A stretch of 64,000 bases of DNA from Gemmatimonadota bacterium (GTDB lineage Bacteria > Latescibacterota > UBA2968 > UBA8231). The notes below the pieces were generated by a model. The model saw nothing but the letters and a program-made list of their open reading frames with translations, was not told the origin of the DNA and ran no database searches. The DNA lies in the NCBI GenBank assembly GCA_038153405.1, contig JAYOYH010000013.1:14162-78161 (forward strand), in the 5' to 3' direction. This document shows, in pieces, positions 8,181 through 17,833 of this stretch; position 1 is the first letter of the stretch, and every line of letters begins with the position of its first letter. The translations under genes were made by a program, and so were the position numbers.

Positions 8181-8957
8181 ATGTTTCCCCTTATTGCAAA
8201 GCTGCTAACGCCGCTGGTTTCTCCGATGGGACTAGCTGCGCTGCTGTGGTTAATGGCTGGCATTGCGCACTTTGTATATCCTCGCTGGAGTGCGCGTTTG
8301 CTCTGGACCGGCTTTTCCCTGCTGCTGTTTTTCAGCACATCGTGCACGGGCGCAGCGCTGCTCAGTCATTTGGAGGGGCGCTATCCGGCCATGCGCGCCG
8401 AAGATAGCCCTTCTGCCGATGTAATTATTGTGTTGGGCGGGGCGACGGTGCCTGCGCTGAAGCCGCGCGTGCACATAGAGGTGGCCGACAGCTACGATCG
8501 CCTGCTGCACGGCATGCGCCTTTTTCGGGCAGGTAAGGCGCCGCACCTATTGCTCAGCGGCGGCAATCTCATCGAGCTGACCGGCGTCGATCAGAGCGAG
8601 GCCCAGCAGTACCGTACACTCGCACTGGAATCGGGTATTCCCGATAGCGTGCTCGTCTTAGAAGAGCGCTCGCGCAACACGCGTGAAAATGCGCTGTATA
8701 CCGCTCAGACTATGCGCGAAAGGGGATGGAAGAATGCTCTGCTGGTTACCTCAGCATCGCATATGCCGCGGGCAGCCGCTGCCTTTTCCGCGCTGGATGT
8801 CTCGTTTGTCGCCGCTCCGACCGATGTAAACTGCGTCGATGGGGCCTTTAGCCTGTGGGGGCTGCTGCCGTCGGCGTACGGGCTCGAGCAGTCGAGCGTG
8901 GCGATAAAAGAGTACGTCGGCTGGTGCGTGTACGCGCTGCGCGGCTGGATTGACTGA
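8181..8957 (+). CDS. YdcF/DUF218 (ElyC/SanA-like) membrane protein
   Basis: N-terminal TM segments, IIVLGG, LLLSGG, EERSRNTRENA, LVTSASHMPRA, KEYVG. Confidence 0.85.
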   Translation: MFPLIAKLLTPLVSPMGLAALLWLMAGIAHFVYPRWSARLLWTGFSLLLFFSTSCTGAALLSHLEGRYPAMRAEDSPSADVIIVLGGATVPALKPRVHIEVADSYDRLLHGMRLFRAGKAPHLLLSGGNLIELTGVDQSEAQQYRTLALESGIPDSVLVLEERSRNTRENALYTAQTMRERGWKNALLVTSASHMPRAAAAFSALDVSFVAAPTDVNCVDGAFSLWGLLPSAYGLEQSSVAIKEYVGWCVYALRGWID

Positions 8958-8969
8958 GTGGATTGAGCT

Positions 8970-9425
8970 TCAGGCATCGACCCTGAGTGCTGGCTGCTCG
9001 CCGCGTGAAAAGGCCTGGGCTATTTCGTCGCAGCGTTCGTTGTCGGGGTCGCCGGCGTGCCCACGCGTGTATTTCCACCGCACAGAGGGGCTATTGAGCG
9101 CGTCCAGCTGCCGCCACAGATCCTGATTGAGAACGGGCTTTTTAGCTGCGGTGCGCCAGTCGCGGCGCTTCCAGCCGTGGATCCATTCGGTAATGCCCTT
9201 GAGAACGTATTCGCTGTCGGTCACCACGGTGATGCCGTGGCCGCTGTCAATTTTTTTCAACCCTTCGATAGCGGCTTGTAGTTCCATGCGGTTATTGGTC
9301 GTCTCGGCGGCAGAGCCACCCAACTCGCAGATGCAGCCGTCTGCGTAGCGTATGCGGGTGGCCCAGCCTCCAGGGCCCGGATTGCCCGAACAGGCTCCGT
9401 CCGTATAAATAGTCGTCTCCGTCAC
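8970..9425 (-). CDS. rnhA: Ribonuclease HI
   Basis: IYTDGACSGNPGPGGW, TTNNRMELQA, TDSEYV, GHAGDPDNERCD. Confidence 0.97.
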   Translation of the reverse strand: MTETTIYTDGACSGNPGPGGWATRIRYADGCICELGGSAAETTNNRMELQAAIEGLKKIDSGHGITVVTDSEYVLKGITEWIHGWKRRDWRTAAKKPVLNQDLWRQLDALNSPSVRWKYTRGHAGDPDNERCDEIAQAFSRGEQPALRVDA

Positions 9426-9521
9426 GCGCGTCCTCGGTGAGGTGTCTGGGCAAAATTGCCACGGCGGGTAATCTAGCTAAATTATCAGTTTTCTCACTAG
9501 TGTCAATCGAGTGAAAAGTCT

Positions 9522-10928
9522 ATGAACAACGCAGAAAAAAAGTACGATCTCGTCGTGATCGGCGGCGGGCCAGGAGGTTATACGGCGGCTATCCGCGCGC
9601 GTCAATTGGGCATGCAGGTGGCGCTGGTCGAACGAGAACAGCTGGGTGGTGTGTGCCTCAACTGGGGCTGTATCCCCACCAAGGCCCTGCTGCGCCAGGC
9701 CGAAATATGGCGGTTGATGGAGCGGGCCGACGAATTTGGCTTTGCGCTGGGCGAGGCGCGGTTCGATTGGTCAAAGATCGTTGCGCGCTCGCGCTCTGCC
9801 GCCGACGAACTGGCGCGCGGCGTACAGTATCTGATGAAAAAAAACGGGGTCGAAGTCGTCGCTGGACGGGGGCGCATTACGCCGCTGCGCCAAGTCGAAG
9901 TGCGCAGTGCAGAGGACGACGTCGTCGCCGTGCTCGAGGCGGAGCACATTCTCATCGCCAGCGGTAGTCAGCCCCGGTCGCTGCCGGGCGTCGACATCGA
10001 TGGGGAACGCATACTATCCAGCCGCCAGGCAATGGTGCTAAAGGCTATTCCGTCCGAAATCGCGATTGTCGGAGCGGGAGCCATTGGCGTAGAATTTGCC
10101 TACTTTTTCAACGCATTTGGCAGTCGCGTTACGCTACTGGAGTCCCTGCCCCAGATCCTTCCGCGCGAAGATGGGGAAGCGGCTGCGGCTCTACAAAGCA
10201 GCTTGGAAAAGCAGGGCATTTGCATCGCTACAGGCGCGCATATAGCCGATGTACAACGCAGTGCCAAGGGAGTGAAGGTGCGCTACCGCCTAGGTGAAAA
10301 AGAGGAAGTGCTTGCCGTTGAACGCGTGCTTATGGCCGTTGGCGTTAGCGCACAGAGCGCTGGGCTTGGGCTAGAGGCCCTCGGCGTGCGCACGCGGAAT
10401 AGCGCAATTGAGGTCGATGGATGTCAACGCACGTCTGTAGAGGGTATCTGGGCGATCGGCGACGTGGCTGGCCCGCCGCAGTTGGCGCACGTAGCGTCTG
10501 CAGAGGGCATTGCCGCCGTCGAGTTTATGGCCGGTCGTCAGCGGCCGGAGGTCGATCGCGAACAGGTGCCCAACTGCATCTACTGCCAGCCACAGGTAGC
10601 TAGTATTGGTCTGAGTGAAGCCGATGCGCGCGCGCGCGGCATCGAAGTCAAGGTTGGTCGCTTTCCATTTGCCGCCAGCGGAAAGGCGCGCGCTGCAGGC
10701 GAGACCGAGGGTTTTGTCAAACTGGTTTTTGGCAGCCGCTACGGTGAACTGTTGGGCGGGGTCATCGTCGGCGCCGAGGCTACAGAACTGGTAGGCGAAC
10801 TGTCTCTGGCGCTCAAACTTGAGGCTACGTACGAAGAACTCCTCTACTCTATGCACGCGCACCCGACCTTTTCTGAAGCGATAATGGAAGCGGCCGGCGA
10901 GGCCTTTGGCGAGGCCATCAGCATTTAG
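9522..10928 (+). CDS. lpdA: Dihydrolipoyl dehydrogenase
   Basis: GGGPGGY, GGVCLNWGCIPTK redox disulfide, GAGAIGVE, HAHPTFSE. Confidence 0.95.
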   Translation: MNNAEKKYDLVVIGGGPGGYTAAIRARQLGMQVALVEREQLGGVCLNWGCIPTKALLRQAEIWRLMERADEFGFALGEARFDWSKIVARSRSAADELARGVQYLMKKNGVEVVAGRGRITPLRQVEVRSAEDDVVAVLEAEHILIASGSQPRSLPGVDIDGERILSSRQAMVLKAIPSEIAIVGAGAIGVEFAYFFNAFGSRVTLLESLPQILPREDGEAAAALQSSLEKQGICIATGAHIADVQRSAKGVKVRYRLGEKEEVLAVERVLMAVGVSAQSAGLGLEALGVRTRNSAIEVDGCQRTSVEGIWAIGDVAGPPQLAHVASAEGIAAVEFMAGRQRPEVDREQVPNCIYCQPQVASIGLSEADARARGIEVKVGRFPFAASGKARAAGETEGFVKLVFGSRYGELLGGVIVGAEATELVGELSLALKLEATYEELLYSMHAHPTFSEAIMEAAGEAFGEAISI

Positions 10929-11032
10929 AGGTAGTGGGAAGCAGGTTTGTAGCAAGAGATGCGGCGGGCGATGGGGCGGTGGGCCGATATCGGGCCACTT
11001 GGTATAACGGGGCACTTACCTAGGAGACAGAT

Positions 11033-12133
11033 ATGAGCGAATTAAACGTTCCAACCTATGAGCGCATCGGCGTGCGTCCGCTGATAAACTGCAAGGGAAC
11101 CTACACGATCATCAGCGGCTCGGTGATGCTGCCAGAGGTGCGCCAGGCCATGTTCGAGGCCGCTCAGCGCTATGTCCACATGGAGGAGCTGATGGAGGCC
11201 GTTGGTGCGCGCATTGCCGAACGCATGCAGTGTGAATGGGGCTTGGTTACCAACGGCTGCGCGGCGGCCCTGTGCCAAATCACCGCGGCCTGCGTCGCCG
11301 GCAGTGACCCGGAGAAAATGGCGCGACTGCCGGATGCAACGGGGATGAAGAACGAGGTCATCGTCCAGTCGAGCCACCGCCACACCTACGACCACGCCGT
11401 GCGCATGGTGGGCGTCCGCCTGATTGAAGTCACGACGCGCGCCGATATGGAAGCGGCCCTGAGCGAACGGACGGCCATGCTATTGATGTTTGGTGACGCG
11501 GCCGAGCGCGGTCAGATTTCGGTGGGCGAAATGGCCGAGTTTGGCAGGGAGCACGGTGTGCCGACCTTTGTCGACGCGGCCGCCGAGCGCCCCGATGTGC
11601 CCAATTGGTATCTGCAGCAGGGAGTGGATGCGGTCGGCTACAGCGGCGGAAAATGCCTGCGTGGTCCCCAGGCGGCGGGATTGGTGCTCGGGCGCAAAGC
11701 GCTTCTGCAGGCCGCCTTTATCAATGGCGCTCCACACCACGCGCTGGGACGACCGATGAAGGTGGGCAAGGAGGAAATCATGGGGATGTTGGCCGCTGTT
11801 GAACGGTGGGTGGAGCGCGATCATGCGGCTGAGTGGAAGGCGTGGGAAGTGCGCCTCCAGCAGGTGGCCGACGCGGTGGGCAACTATCCCTCAGTGCAGA
11901 CAGCGCTGCGCCAGCCCGGCCGCTCAAACGTCGCGCCGGTGCTGGCCATCGAATGGGATCCACAGGTGCTGGGTATCACCGGAAACGAAGTCGCTGGGCT
12001 GCTGTCAAATGGAACGCCGCGCATTGAGGTATTCAGCAGCGAGCGAGGGTTTTCCGTTATGCCCTATATGATGCAGGACGGCGAAGCCGAGGTGGTGGCG
12101 AGCCGCCTCGACGAAATACTCTCAGCGCTATAG
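11033..12133 (+). CDS. SelA-like / DgaE-type PLP-dependent enzyme
   Basis: GVRPLINCKGTYT, VTNGCAAAL, FVDAAAE, YSGGKCLRGPQAAG (PLP lysine), RPMKVGKEEI. Confidence 0.8.
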   Translation: MSELNVPTYERIGVRPLINCKGTYTIISGSVMLPEVRQAMFEAAQRYVHMEELMEAVGARIAERMQCEWGLVTNGCAAALCQITAACVAGSDPEKMARLPDATGMKNEVIVQSSHRHTYDHAVRMVGVRLIEVTTRADMEAALSERTAMLLMFGDAAERGQISVGEMAEFGREHGVPTFVDAAAERPDVPNWYLQQGVDAVGYSGGKCLRGPQAAGLVLGRKALLQAAFINGAPHHALGRPMKVGKEEIMGMLAAVERWVERDHAAEWKAWEVRLQQVADAVGNYPSVQTALRQPGRSNVAPVLAIEWDPQVLGITGNEVAGLLSNGTPRIEVFSSERGFSVMPYMMQDGEAEVVASRLDEILSAL

Positions 12134-12143
12134 GAGGCAGGCG

Positions 12144-12446
12144 ATGGCCAGCGTAGACGGAACGTGGGTTGTGCATATCCGCTTTGTGCGCGGCGAAGCG
12201 ACCCACTCGATGCAGATAGAGCAGGAGGGCGATCAGGTACACGGGCGCTATCGCTCGCAGTATGGGGAGCGCGAAGTGCGCGGGCGCGTCGAGGGAAGCG
12301 AAGTTTTCCTGCGCGTGCCCATGCACTACCAGGCCGTGGGGACGACCTACGGTTTTCACGGCGTGATAGAGGGTGACGTGCTGCGCGGCGCGGTCGATCT
12401 CGGCGAGTACTGGCGCGGAGAATGGGAGGCCGTCCGGCCTACCTGA
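12144..12446 (+). CDS. Small beta-rich hypothetical protein (100 aa)
   Basis: AGGAGG RBS. VDGTWVVHI...LGEYWRGEWEAVR. Lies 10 bp after the PLP enzyme gene. Confidence 0.8.
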   Translation: MASVDGTWVVHIRFVRGEATHSMQIEQEGDQVHGRYRSQYGEREVRGRVEGSEVFLRVPMHYQAVGTTYGFHGVIEGDVLRGAVDLGEYWRGEWEAVRPT

Positions 12447-12566
12447 TCTTTGTCACAGCTATGGAGATCGAGCGGTGGGGCATTTCCCGTCGTTGGGCAT
12501 GGGCAAGCCGCTTGCCCAAAAAACCTCGACCGTGGTACCTTTGCTGACGAGGCAAAGGGGGCATAC

Positions 12567-13553
12567 ATGAATCTACTGCGTTGTATTGCGTGTGGGTTGC
12601 TGATCGCTGCGCTATCGAGCTGCAGCGGTGGCAACCAATCGGCTGCCGGTCCGGACCCGGTCGAGCAGCCAGAGGCGCCGGTCCTGCGCGTGACGCAGAT
12701 CGGCGACGGTGAAATTCAACTGAGCTGGGGTGCCATCGCCGATGAGGGCGATGTCATCTACGTGGTCTACCGCAGCGTGGTTGGTGAACCGGTAGCCGCC
12801 GTCGACTCGACCTTTCGCACGCAATTTGGCGATCGCGGACTCCAATACGAGGTCGAATACACCTACTACGTGACGGCGGTTGACAATTTTGGCCGCGAGG
12901 GTGCGCGCTCAAACACGGTCTCTGGGCAGCCGTTCAACAACCTGGCGCCGCTAGCACCCACTTCGCTGCGCGCCGTAGCTCACAATATATACCTATTCAA
13001 TCAATTGGAGATTGCCCTCGACTGGGAAGCAAACAGCGAGGCCGATTTGCTTGGCTACCGCGTGTATCGCTCCACCGAGGAAGATTTTGCGCCGACGGCC
13101 GAAGCGCTGCACGCCGAAGTCGAGGTCGCGCGCTACATCGACCAAACCGTCGACGTGGGGACGGTCTACTACTATCAGGTCACGGCTTACGATCGCGGCG
13201 GCAAGGAAAGCGCCGGTTCGGTGGGAGCCAGTGATGTGGCGCTGCCCATCGTCCAATTGGCTGCGCCGGTCGATGGCGAGTTGGCCTCTCCCCAGGCTAC
13301 CTTTGTCTGGCATCCCGTGCCCAATGCCCTCTCTTACCGCGTGATTGTTACCACTTCGCCCACGAGCGGCGAGATCTCAGAAATGGATCTGACGGCCGAT
13401 ACGACGGCCGTTTTCCGGGGGCGGTCCCTGTCCGGAAATCAGCCGGCTGCCCTAGAAACGGGTCGAATCTACTACTGGAAGGTGATTGCCAGCACGCGCG
13501 CAGAGGGCGTGGAAAACTCCGTTAGCGCGGTGGAAGACTTTAAGGTGCGCTGA
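12567..13553 (+). CDS. Fibronectin type III domain lipoprotein
   Basis: Lipobox ALSSC. Repeated FN3 signatures YVVYRS...YYVTAVD, APTSLRA...GYRVYRS...YYYQVTAYD. Confidence 0.85.
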   Translation: MNLLRCIACGLLIAALSSCSGGNQSAAGPDPVEQPEAPVLRVTQIGDGEIQLSWGAIADEGDVIYVVYRSVVGEPVAAVDSTFRTQFGDRGLQYEVEYTYYVTAVDNFGREGARSNTVSGQPFNNLAPLAPTSLRAVAHNIYLFNQLEIALDWEANSEADLLGYRVYRSTEEDFAPTAEALHAEVEVARYIDQTVDVGTVYYYQVTAYDRGGKESAGSVGASDVALPIVQLAAPVDGELASPQATFVWHPVPNALSYRVIVTTSPTSGEISEMDLTADTTAVFRGRSLSGNQPAALETGRIYYWKVIASTRAEGVENSVSAVEDFKVR

Positions 13554-14875
13554 TGGAGCTTGACGGCGGGGCCCTGCGCGTAGTGGAAACGCTGCGGAGA
13601 GCCGGGCACCGGGCGCTGCTGGCCGGCGGCTGCGTGCGCGACATGCTATTGGGGCAGACGCCCAAGGACTGGGACATCGCCACCGATGCTGCACCCGATC
13701 AGGTGGCGGCACTTTTTGCGCGCACGCTGCCGGTGGGGGCGCATTTTGGTATCTGCGTCGTCGTGCTCGAGGAGGGCCACTATGAAGTGGCGCGCTTTCG
13801 CCGCGATGGCCCCTATCGCGACGGGCGCCATCCCACCAGTGTCGAGATAGCCGATGCGCGCGCCGATGCCCTGCGCCGCGACTTCACGATCAACGGCCTC
13901 TTCTTTGATCCAGCTCATCGAGAAATAATCGATTACGTCGGGGGGCGCGCCGATATAGAGCGCGGTCTGCTGCGCGCCATTGGCGATCCTGCTGCGCGTT
14001 TTGCCGAGGATTATCTGCGCCTGCTGCGCTGCGTGCGCTTTGCCGCCCGCCTCGACTTTGCCATCGAAGAATCGACCTATGCTGCGCTGCGGGACCAGGC
14101 CCCACGGATCGATGCAATCAGCCCCGAGCGCATCGAAGACGAGCTGACGCGCCTGCTGACAGAAGGCGGCATTGTGCGTGGATTGGAGCTGCTTATGGAC
14201 AGCGGTCTGCTCGCAGTCGTGCTGCCGGAGGTCGCGGCGCTGCGCGGCGTTGAGCAGCCGCCAGAATTTCATCCGGAGGGAGACGTGTGGAACCACGTGC
14301 AGCTGGTCATGGCCCAGCTGTGCGATCCGCCGCCCGAGCTCGCTTGGGCAGCGCTGCTGCACGATATCGGCAAAGAACCGACGTTTGAAGTGCGCGATCG
14401 CATTCGCTTTAACCGCCACGACGTAGTAGGGGCGCAGATGGCCGAGGGCATCTGCCGGCGCTTTCGCATGTCAAACGCGCGCAGCGCGCGCATTTGCGAA
14501 CTGGTGGCTCAGCACATGCGGATCCGCAACGTGCCCGATATGCGCGAGAGCAAGCGTCGGCGCTTTCTGCGCCAGGAGGCGTTCGCGCAGCTGCTGGAAT
14601 TGCACCGCGCCGACTGCATGGGTTGCCATCGCAAAATGGACCTCTACGAGTATTGCTTGGCGCAGCTGGACGACTTGGGCGAGGAGAAGCTGCGTCCGCC
14701 GCCCTTGCTCAAGGGGGGCGATCTTCTGGCGTTGGGCATGGAATCCGGGCCGATGGTAGGTCGCGTGCTAGAGCGGTTGGAAGACGCCCAGTTAGAGGGG
14801 ACCCTGCACAGCCGGGAAGAGGCCGTCGCGTGGGTGCGACAGCGCTACCGCGCTTTGATTGCTCCGCCTCGATAA
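13553..14875 (+). CDS. cca: CCA tRNA nucleotidyltransferase with HD domain
   Basis: GGCVRDMLLG..PKDWDIAT, DALRRDFTINGL, EDYLRLLRCVRFAARL, ALLHDIGK. Confidence 0.88.
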   Translation: MELDGGALRVVETLRRAGHRALLAGGCVRDMLLGQTPKDWDIATDAAPDQVAALFARTLPVGAHFGICVVVLEEGHYEVARFRRDGPYRDGRHPTSVEIADARADALRRDFTINGLFFDPAHREIIDYVGGRADIERGLLRAIGDPAARFAEDYLRLLRCVRFAARLDFAIEESTYAALRDQAPRIDAISPERIEDELTRLLTEGGIVRGLELLMDSGLLAVVLPEVAALRGVEQPPEFHPEGDVWNHVQLVMAQLCDPPPELAWAALLHDIGKEPTFEVRDRIRFNRHDVVGAQMAEGICRRFRMSNARSARICELVAQHMRIRNVPDMRESKRRRFLRQEAFAQLLELHRADCMGCHRKMDLYEYCLAQLDDLGEEKLRPPPLLKGGDLLALGMESGPMVGRVLERLEDAQLEGTLHSREEAVAWVRQRYRALIAPPR

Positions 14876-14882
14876 GGCCCTT

Positions 14883-16781
14883 TTACACCAGACCGCTGCG
14901 CAGCACGTCGATAACGCGCCCGTGCGAAGCCGGCGACATCAAGTAGAGCCCGTCCCAACCTTCTTTTCGTATCCAGCGCACCTGCTCGGCGGCCAGTTCG
15001 GCTCCGGCCGCAGCCTGATCTTCTACCTGCCCATAGCGCTCTAAATGCGCAAAGACTTGGTTCGGCACTACTACGCCGGGTACGGCGGCCATGCGCCGGG
15101 CGTGGTCGAGGCCGTTGAGAACGAGCACGCCAATAAGCACGGCCGCTCGGTGGCGAAAAGGGGTTAGGGCGCCGAGGGCGGCGTGGTCGAAGACGGGTTG
15201 GGTCATAATGTAGTCGACTCCGGCATCCAGCTTGCGCTGCAATTTCTCGATCTCACTCTCCCTATCGAGTGCCTCGGGTTCAAATCCCGTGCCGACGGTA
15301 AAGCGGGTGCGCGGGTCCCTGTGCGTACCCAGCGGCTGGCCGCCAAAATCGATGCCGGCGTTGAGGTGGTGCTGCACATAGCGGATGAGGGCGGCTGAGT
15401 CCATGTCGAAGACGGCGCTGGAGCGCGGGTAGGTCGGCGACATTTTGGGCGGATCGCCGGTGATGAGCAGGACGTTGTGTATCTGATTGGCCCAGTAGCC
15501 AATCAGCCGGCTTTGCAGGCCCATCGTATTCAGGTCGCGCAGGGTGAAGTGCGGTATGAGCTCGAGCACATCACCTGAGCGCCAGTCGAGTCGACGGCGA
15601 ATCAGGTGAATGAAATCTCCGGGCGGCATGAGCGGAATACCGCGCGAACCGTCGGTCAAATCGAGTGCGTCGGCCAGGCCAGAGGCGGCCAGCTCCTCGA
15701 CAAAGGACAGGCGGGCCCCAAGGCCGCCGGTGCCGCGCGACGGCAGCATTTCGACGCTTATGGCGAATTCGCCGCTGAAAATCTTGCGCGAAAAGGGGCC
15801 GTTGTCCCGCTTGGTCTGGCGCGGTGTTGGTTCGAGCGCGCTGTCCAATGCTACCTGTGTTTGCACGCGTACCTTGCTGAGACTGCGCAGATAGTTGTGC
15901 ATTTCGTTGATATGGGGAGGGTGCACGTCGCAGCAGCCGCCGAGCAGCCGCACGCCGCGCTGGGCAGCCTCGCGCGCGAAGCGACCCATAAATTCGGGAT
16001 TGACACCGGTCAGATAGCGGTGGCCGATGCGCTGAAATTCGCCGCCGTTGGGCATGAGCGACAGCTGAATGCGCTGCGCTATAACGGGTTCGAGTGCAGC
16101 AACGGCATCTAAGAAGGCGCGCGCTTCCCAGGGTGCGCAGCAGTTGACGCCAATAACGTCAGCGCCGAGGTCGGCGGCAGTTTTGGCAAAGAGCTGCGGG
16201 TCCAGGTTCCACGTGCCGTCGGCGCGCTGGTGCAGCGCCATGTGCACGACGACCGGAATGGGCTCGGGCAACGCCCGGGCGATTTCCAATACAGCGCTGA
16301 CGTGCAGCAGCGAAGAGAAGGTCTCTAACAATAGGGCATCGACGCCGGCGGCGGTGAGTGCTTCGATTTGCGGTCGATAGATGCTGCGGGCTTCTTGCGG
16401 CGTTTCGCGCATATCGTGCGTAGGACCTATGGAACCGAGAACGAAAAACGGTTCGTCATCGCGTCCTTGGCTTGCGAAGAGATCGATGGCCTCGCGCGCC
16501 AATGCCACTCCTCGCCCGTTGAGTTCGCCCACGCGTTCTGCCTGGTCGTGGGCGGCCAATTGGGTTGGATTTGCGGCGAATGTATTGGTGGTGAGGATGC
16601 GTGCACCGGCCTGCAGATATTCCAAATGCACCTGGCGGACGATATCGGGATGGTCGCTGTTGAAGGTTTCGTAGAGGTGATTGCGTTCGGAAAGACGACC
16701 CGTGCGTTCAAACAGTAGCGAACCCATGGCCCCGTCGCAGAGCAGGGGCGTTCGTCGTAGGTATTCGAGAAAAGAGGACAT
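14883..16781 (-). CDS. Bifunctional homocysteine S-methyltransferase / methylenetetrahydrofolate reductase (YitJ-like)
   Basis: CDGAMGS, TTNTFAAN, GVNCC, LGGCC (Zn-binding Hcy domain), followed by an MTHFR domain (ITGDPPK, YIMTQPVFD). Start at ATG 16781. Confidence 0.9.
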   Translation of the reverse strand: MSSFLEYLRRTPLLCDGAMGSLLFERTGRLSERNHLYETFNSDHPDIVRQVHLEYLQAGARILTTNTFAANPTQLAAHDQAERVGELNGRGVALAREAIDLFASQGRDDEPFFVLGSIGPTHDMRETPQEARSIYRPQIEALTAAGVDALLLETFSSLLHVSAVLEIARALPEPIPVVVHMALHQRADGTWNLDPQLFAKTAADLGADVIGVNCCAPWEARAFLDAVAALEPVIAQRIQLSLMPNGGEFQRIGHRYLTGVNPEFMGRFAREAAQRGVRLLGGCCDVHPPHINEMHNYLRSLSKVRVQTQVALDSALEPTPRQTKRDNGPFSRKIFSGEFAISVEMLPSRGTGGLGARLSFVEELAASGLADALDLTDGSRGIPLMPPGDFIHLIRRRLDWRSGDVLELIPHFTLRDLNTMGLQSRLIGYWANQIHNVLLITGDPPKMSPTYPRSSAVFDMDSAALIRYVQHHLNAGIDFGGQPLGTHRDPRTRFTVGTGFEPEALDRESEIEKLQRKLDAGVDYIMTQPVFDHAALGALTPFRHRAAVLIGVLVLNGLDHARRMAAVPGVVVPNQVFAHLERYGQVEDQAAAGAELAAEQVRWIRKEGWDGLYLMSPASHGRVIDVLRSGLV

Positions 16782-16848
16782 AGCAAAGATCTCTCTGACT
16801 GCTGCGGTGAAAGCGGTGCAAGGTGCGCTTGGCCAAGGGGACCGTATA

Positions 16849-16877
16849 AGTATATCAAGATTTACTGATATATACAA
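16849..16877 (-). promoter_or_regulatory. sigma70 promoter TTGTAT-N17-TATACT overlapped by palindrome TATATCA-N8-TGATATA (16851-16872)
   Basis: Read directly on the minus strand upstream of the yitJ-like gene. Extended -10 TG is present. Confidence 0.65.
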
Positions 16878-16932
16878 ATGCGCACGCAGAGAAAAAATAC
16901 TAAGTAGTTGTTGGATAGGTGGTTATGGTAAT

Positions 16933-17787
16933 TCACCTGCGGGTGCCAAAAAAATCGGCAAAGACGAAGAAATCATCGAAATCGATATCAAAATCCCCGT
17001 CGAGGTCGTAGGTCGAATCCCAGTTGGCATCGTCCGTGTGGAGGCCAAAGTGGTCGGTAAAGGCGAAGAAATCCTCGAAGTCAACCGCCCCGTCGCCGTT
17101 GAAATCGCCGCGCGGGAAAGGGACTGCTGGCAGCGCGTAGTCAACGCGGAGAGTGGGGTGCCGCTGAGGGTCGGCCGCGTCGCGGCTGACAAAGCGCTTG
17201 GCCGTGGAGGTCTGCCCTTCTTCGCCGATTAGCATCCAGCCGAAATTATCTGCGGGGTGGTCGATCCAATGCTGCACGTCGTCCCGCAGTTGGTCGCCCG
17301 TCCAACTGTATGCGCCGATGCCATCGATTCTTTGGCCGGCGCTGGGCGAGTCGACGAAGTCCCCGCCGGGTTGCGACCAGGGTGCGTCGGGGAAGAATGC
17401 ATGCAGCCAAGTCGCATCGCCCCTGGCCGCGCTCGCGCCTAGCCCTTCGCCGCGCGTGCCAGCCGACGGGCCTTCGCCCCAGTCGGCAAGGAGCACATGC
17501 GCGCCAACGGTCACTTCGCCGGCGTTGCTCTTGTCCATATAAAGGGTCAATTCGGCGCTGCGCAGGACCGACCCGCGGGGAATGGACGATAGGTCAAAGC
17601 GCAGCAGCGTGCGCCGGGTGCCGTTGTCGGCCGTAGCACCGACAAATAGGTAGAAGCCAATACCGTTGCTCAGCGAGCCATCGCTGCTCTCATAGAGAGT
17701 GTTGTCCTTGCTCGGCGTCAAGTGCAGGATTTCGGCCTGGCAGAGGCTGCTGAGGGCCAGCGGGAGCAAGAGCAAGAGTGCGTGCAT
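16933..17787 (-). CDS. Secreted DNRLRE-like domain protein with C-terminal dockerin/EF-hand-like repeat
   Basis: Signal peptide. KDNTLYE, RRTLLRFDLSSIP, W..PGGDF. C-terminal GDFNGDGAVDFEDF...DLDGDFDIDFDDF. Confidence 0.8.
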   Translation of the reverse strand: MHALLLLLPLALSSLCQAEILHLTPSKDNTLYESSDGSLSNGIGFYLFVGATADNGTRRTLLRFDLSSIPRGSVLRSAELTLYMDKSNAGEVTVGAHVLLADWGEGPSAGTRGEGLGASAARGDATWLHAFFPDAPWSQPGGDFVDSPSAGQRIDGIGAYSWTGDQLRDDVQHWIDHPADNFGWMLIGEEGQTSTAKRFVSRDAADPQRHPTLRVDYALPAVPFPRGDFNGDGAVDFEDFFAFTDHFGLHTDDANWDSTYDLDGDFDIDFDDFFVFADFFGTRR

Positions 17788-17833
17788 GGATAATGGGTGT
17801 CTTTTTCGGCGCTGTGGAAGAGAAATCGGGTCT

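Noticed and set aside
11033..12133. True selenocysteine synthase selA serving the Sec-FDH
   Set aside because: At 366 aa it lacks the N-terminal tRNA-binding extension and the typical SelA motifs (HTNLGRA, DLGSG, FSGDKLLGGPQ). It fits the SelA-like/DgaE group, and no selB or selC is nearby.
12500..12522. Hairpin tgggcaag-ccg-cttgccca as a regulatory RNA
   Set aside because: Short, with no plus-strand U-tract, and overlapping a possible -35. Evidence is insufficient.
16782..16932. SAM riboswitch upstream of the yitJ-like gene
   Set aside because: The leader after the predicted promoter is only about 60 nt, and I see no SAM-I core (AUC..GAG...GCAACC...GUGC) or terminator.
16681..17232. 183-aa plus-strand ORF with EEIIEIDIKIPVEV repeats
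   Set aside because: It is the antisense shadow of the Phe/Asp-rich dockerin-like repeat.
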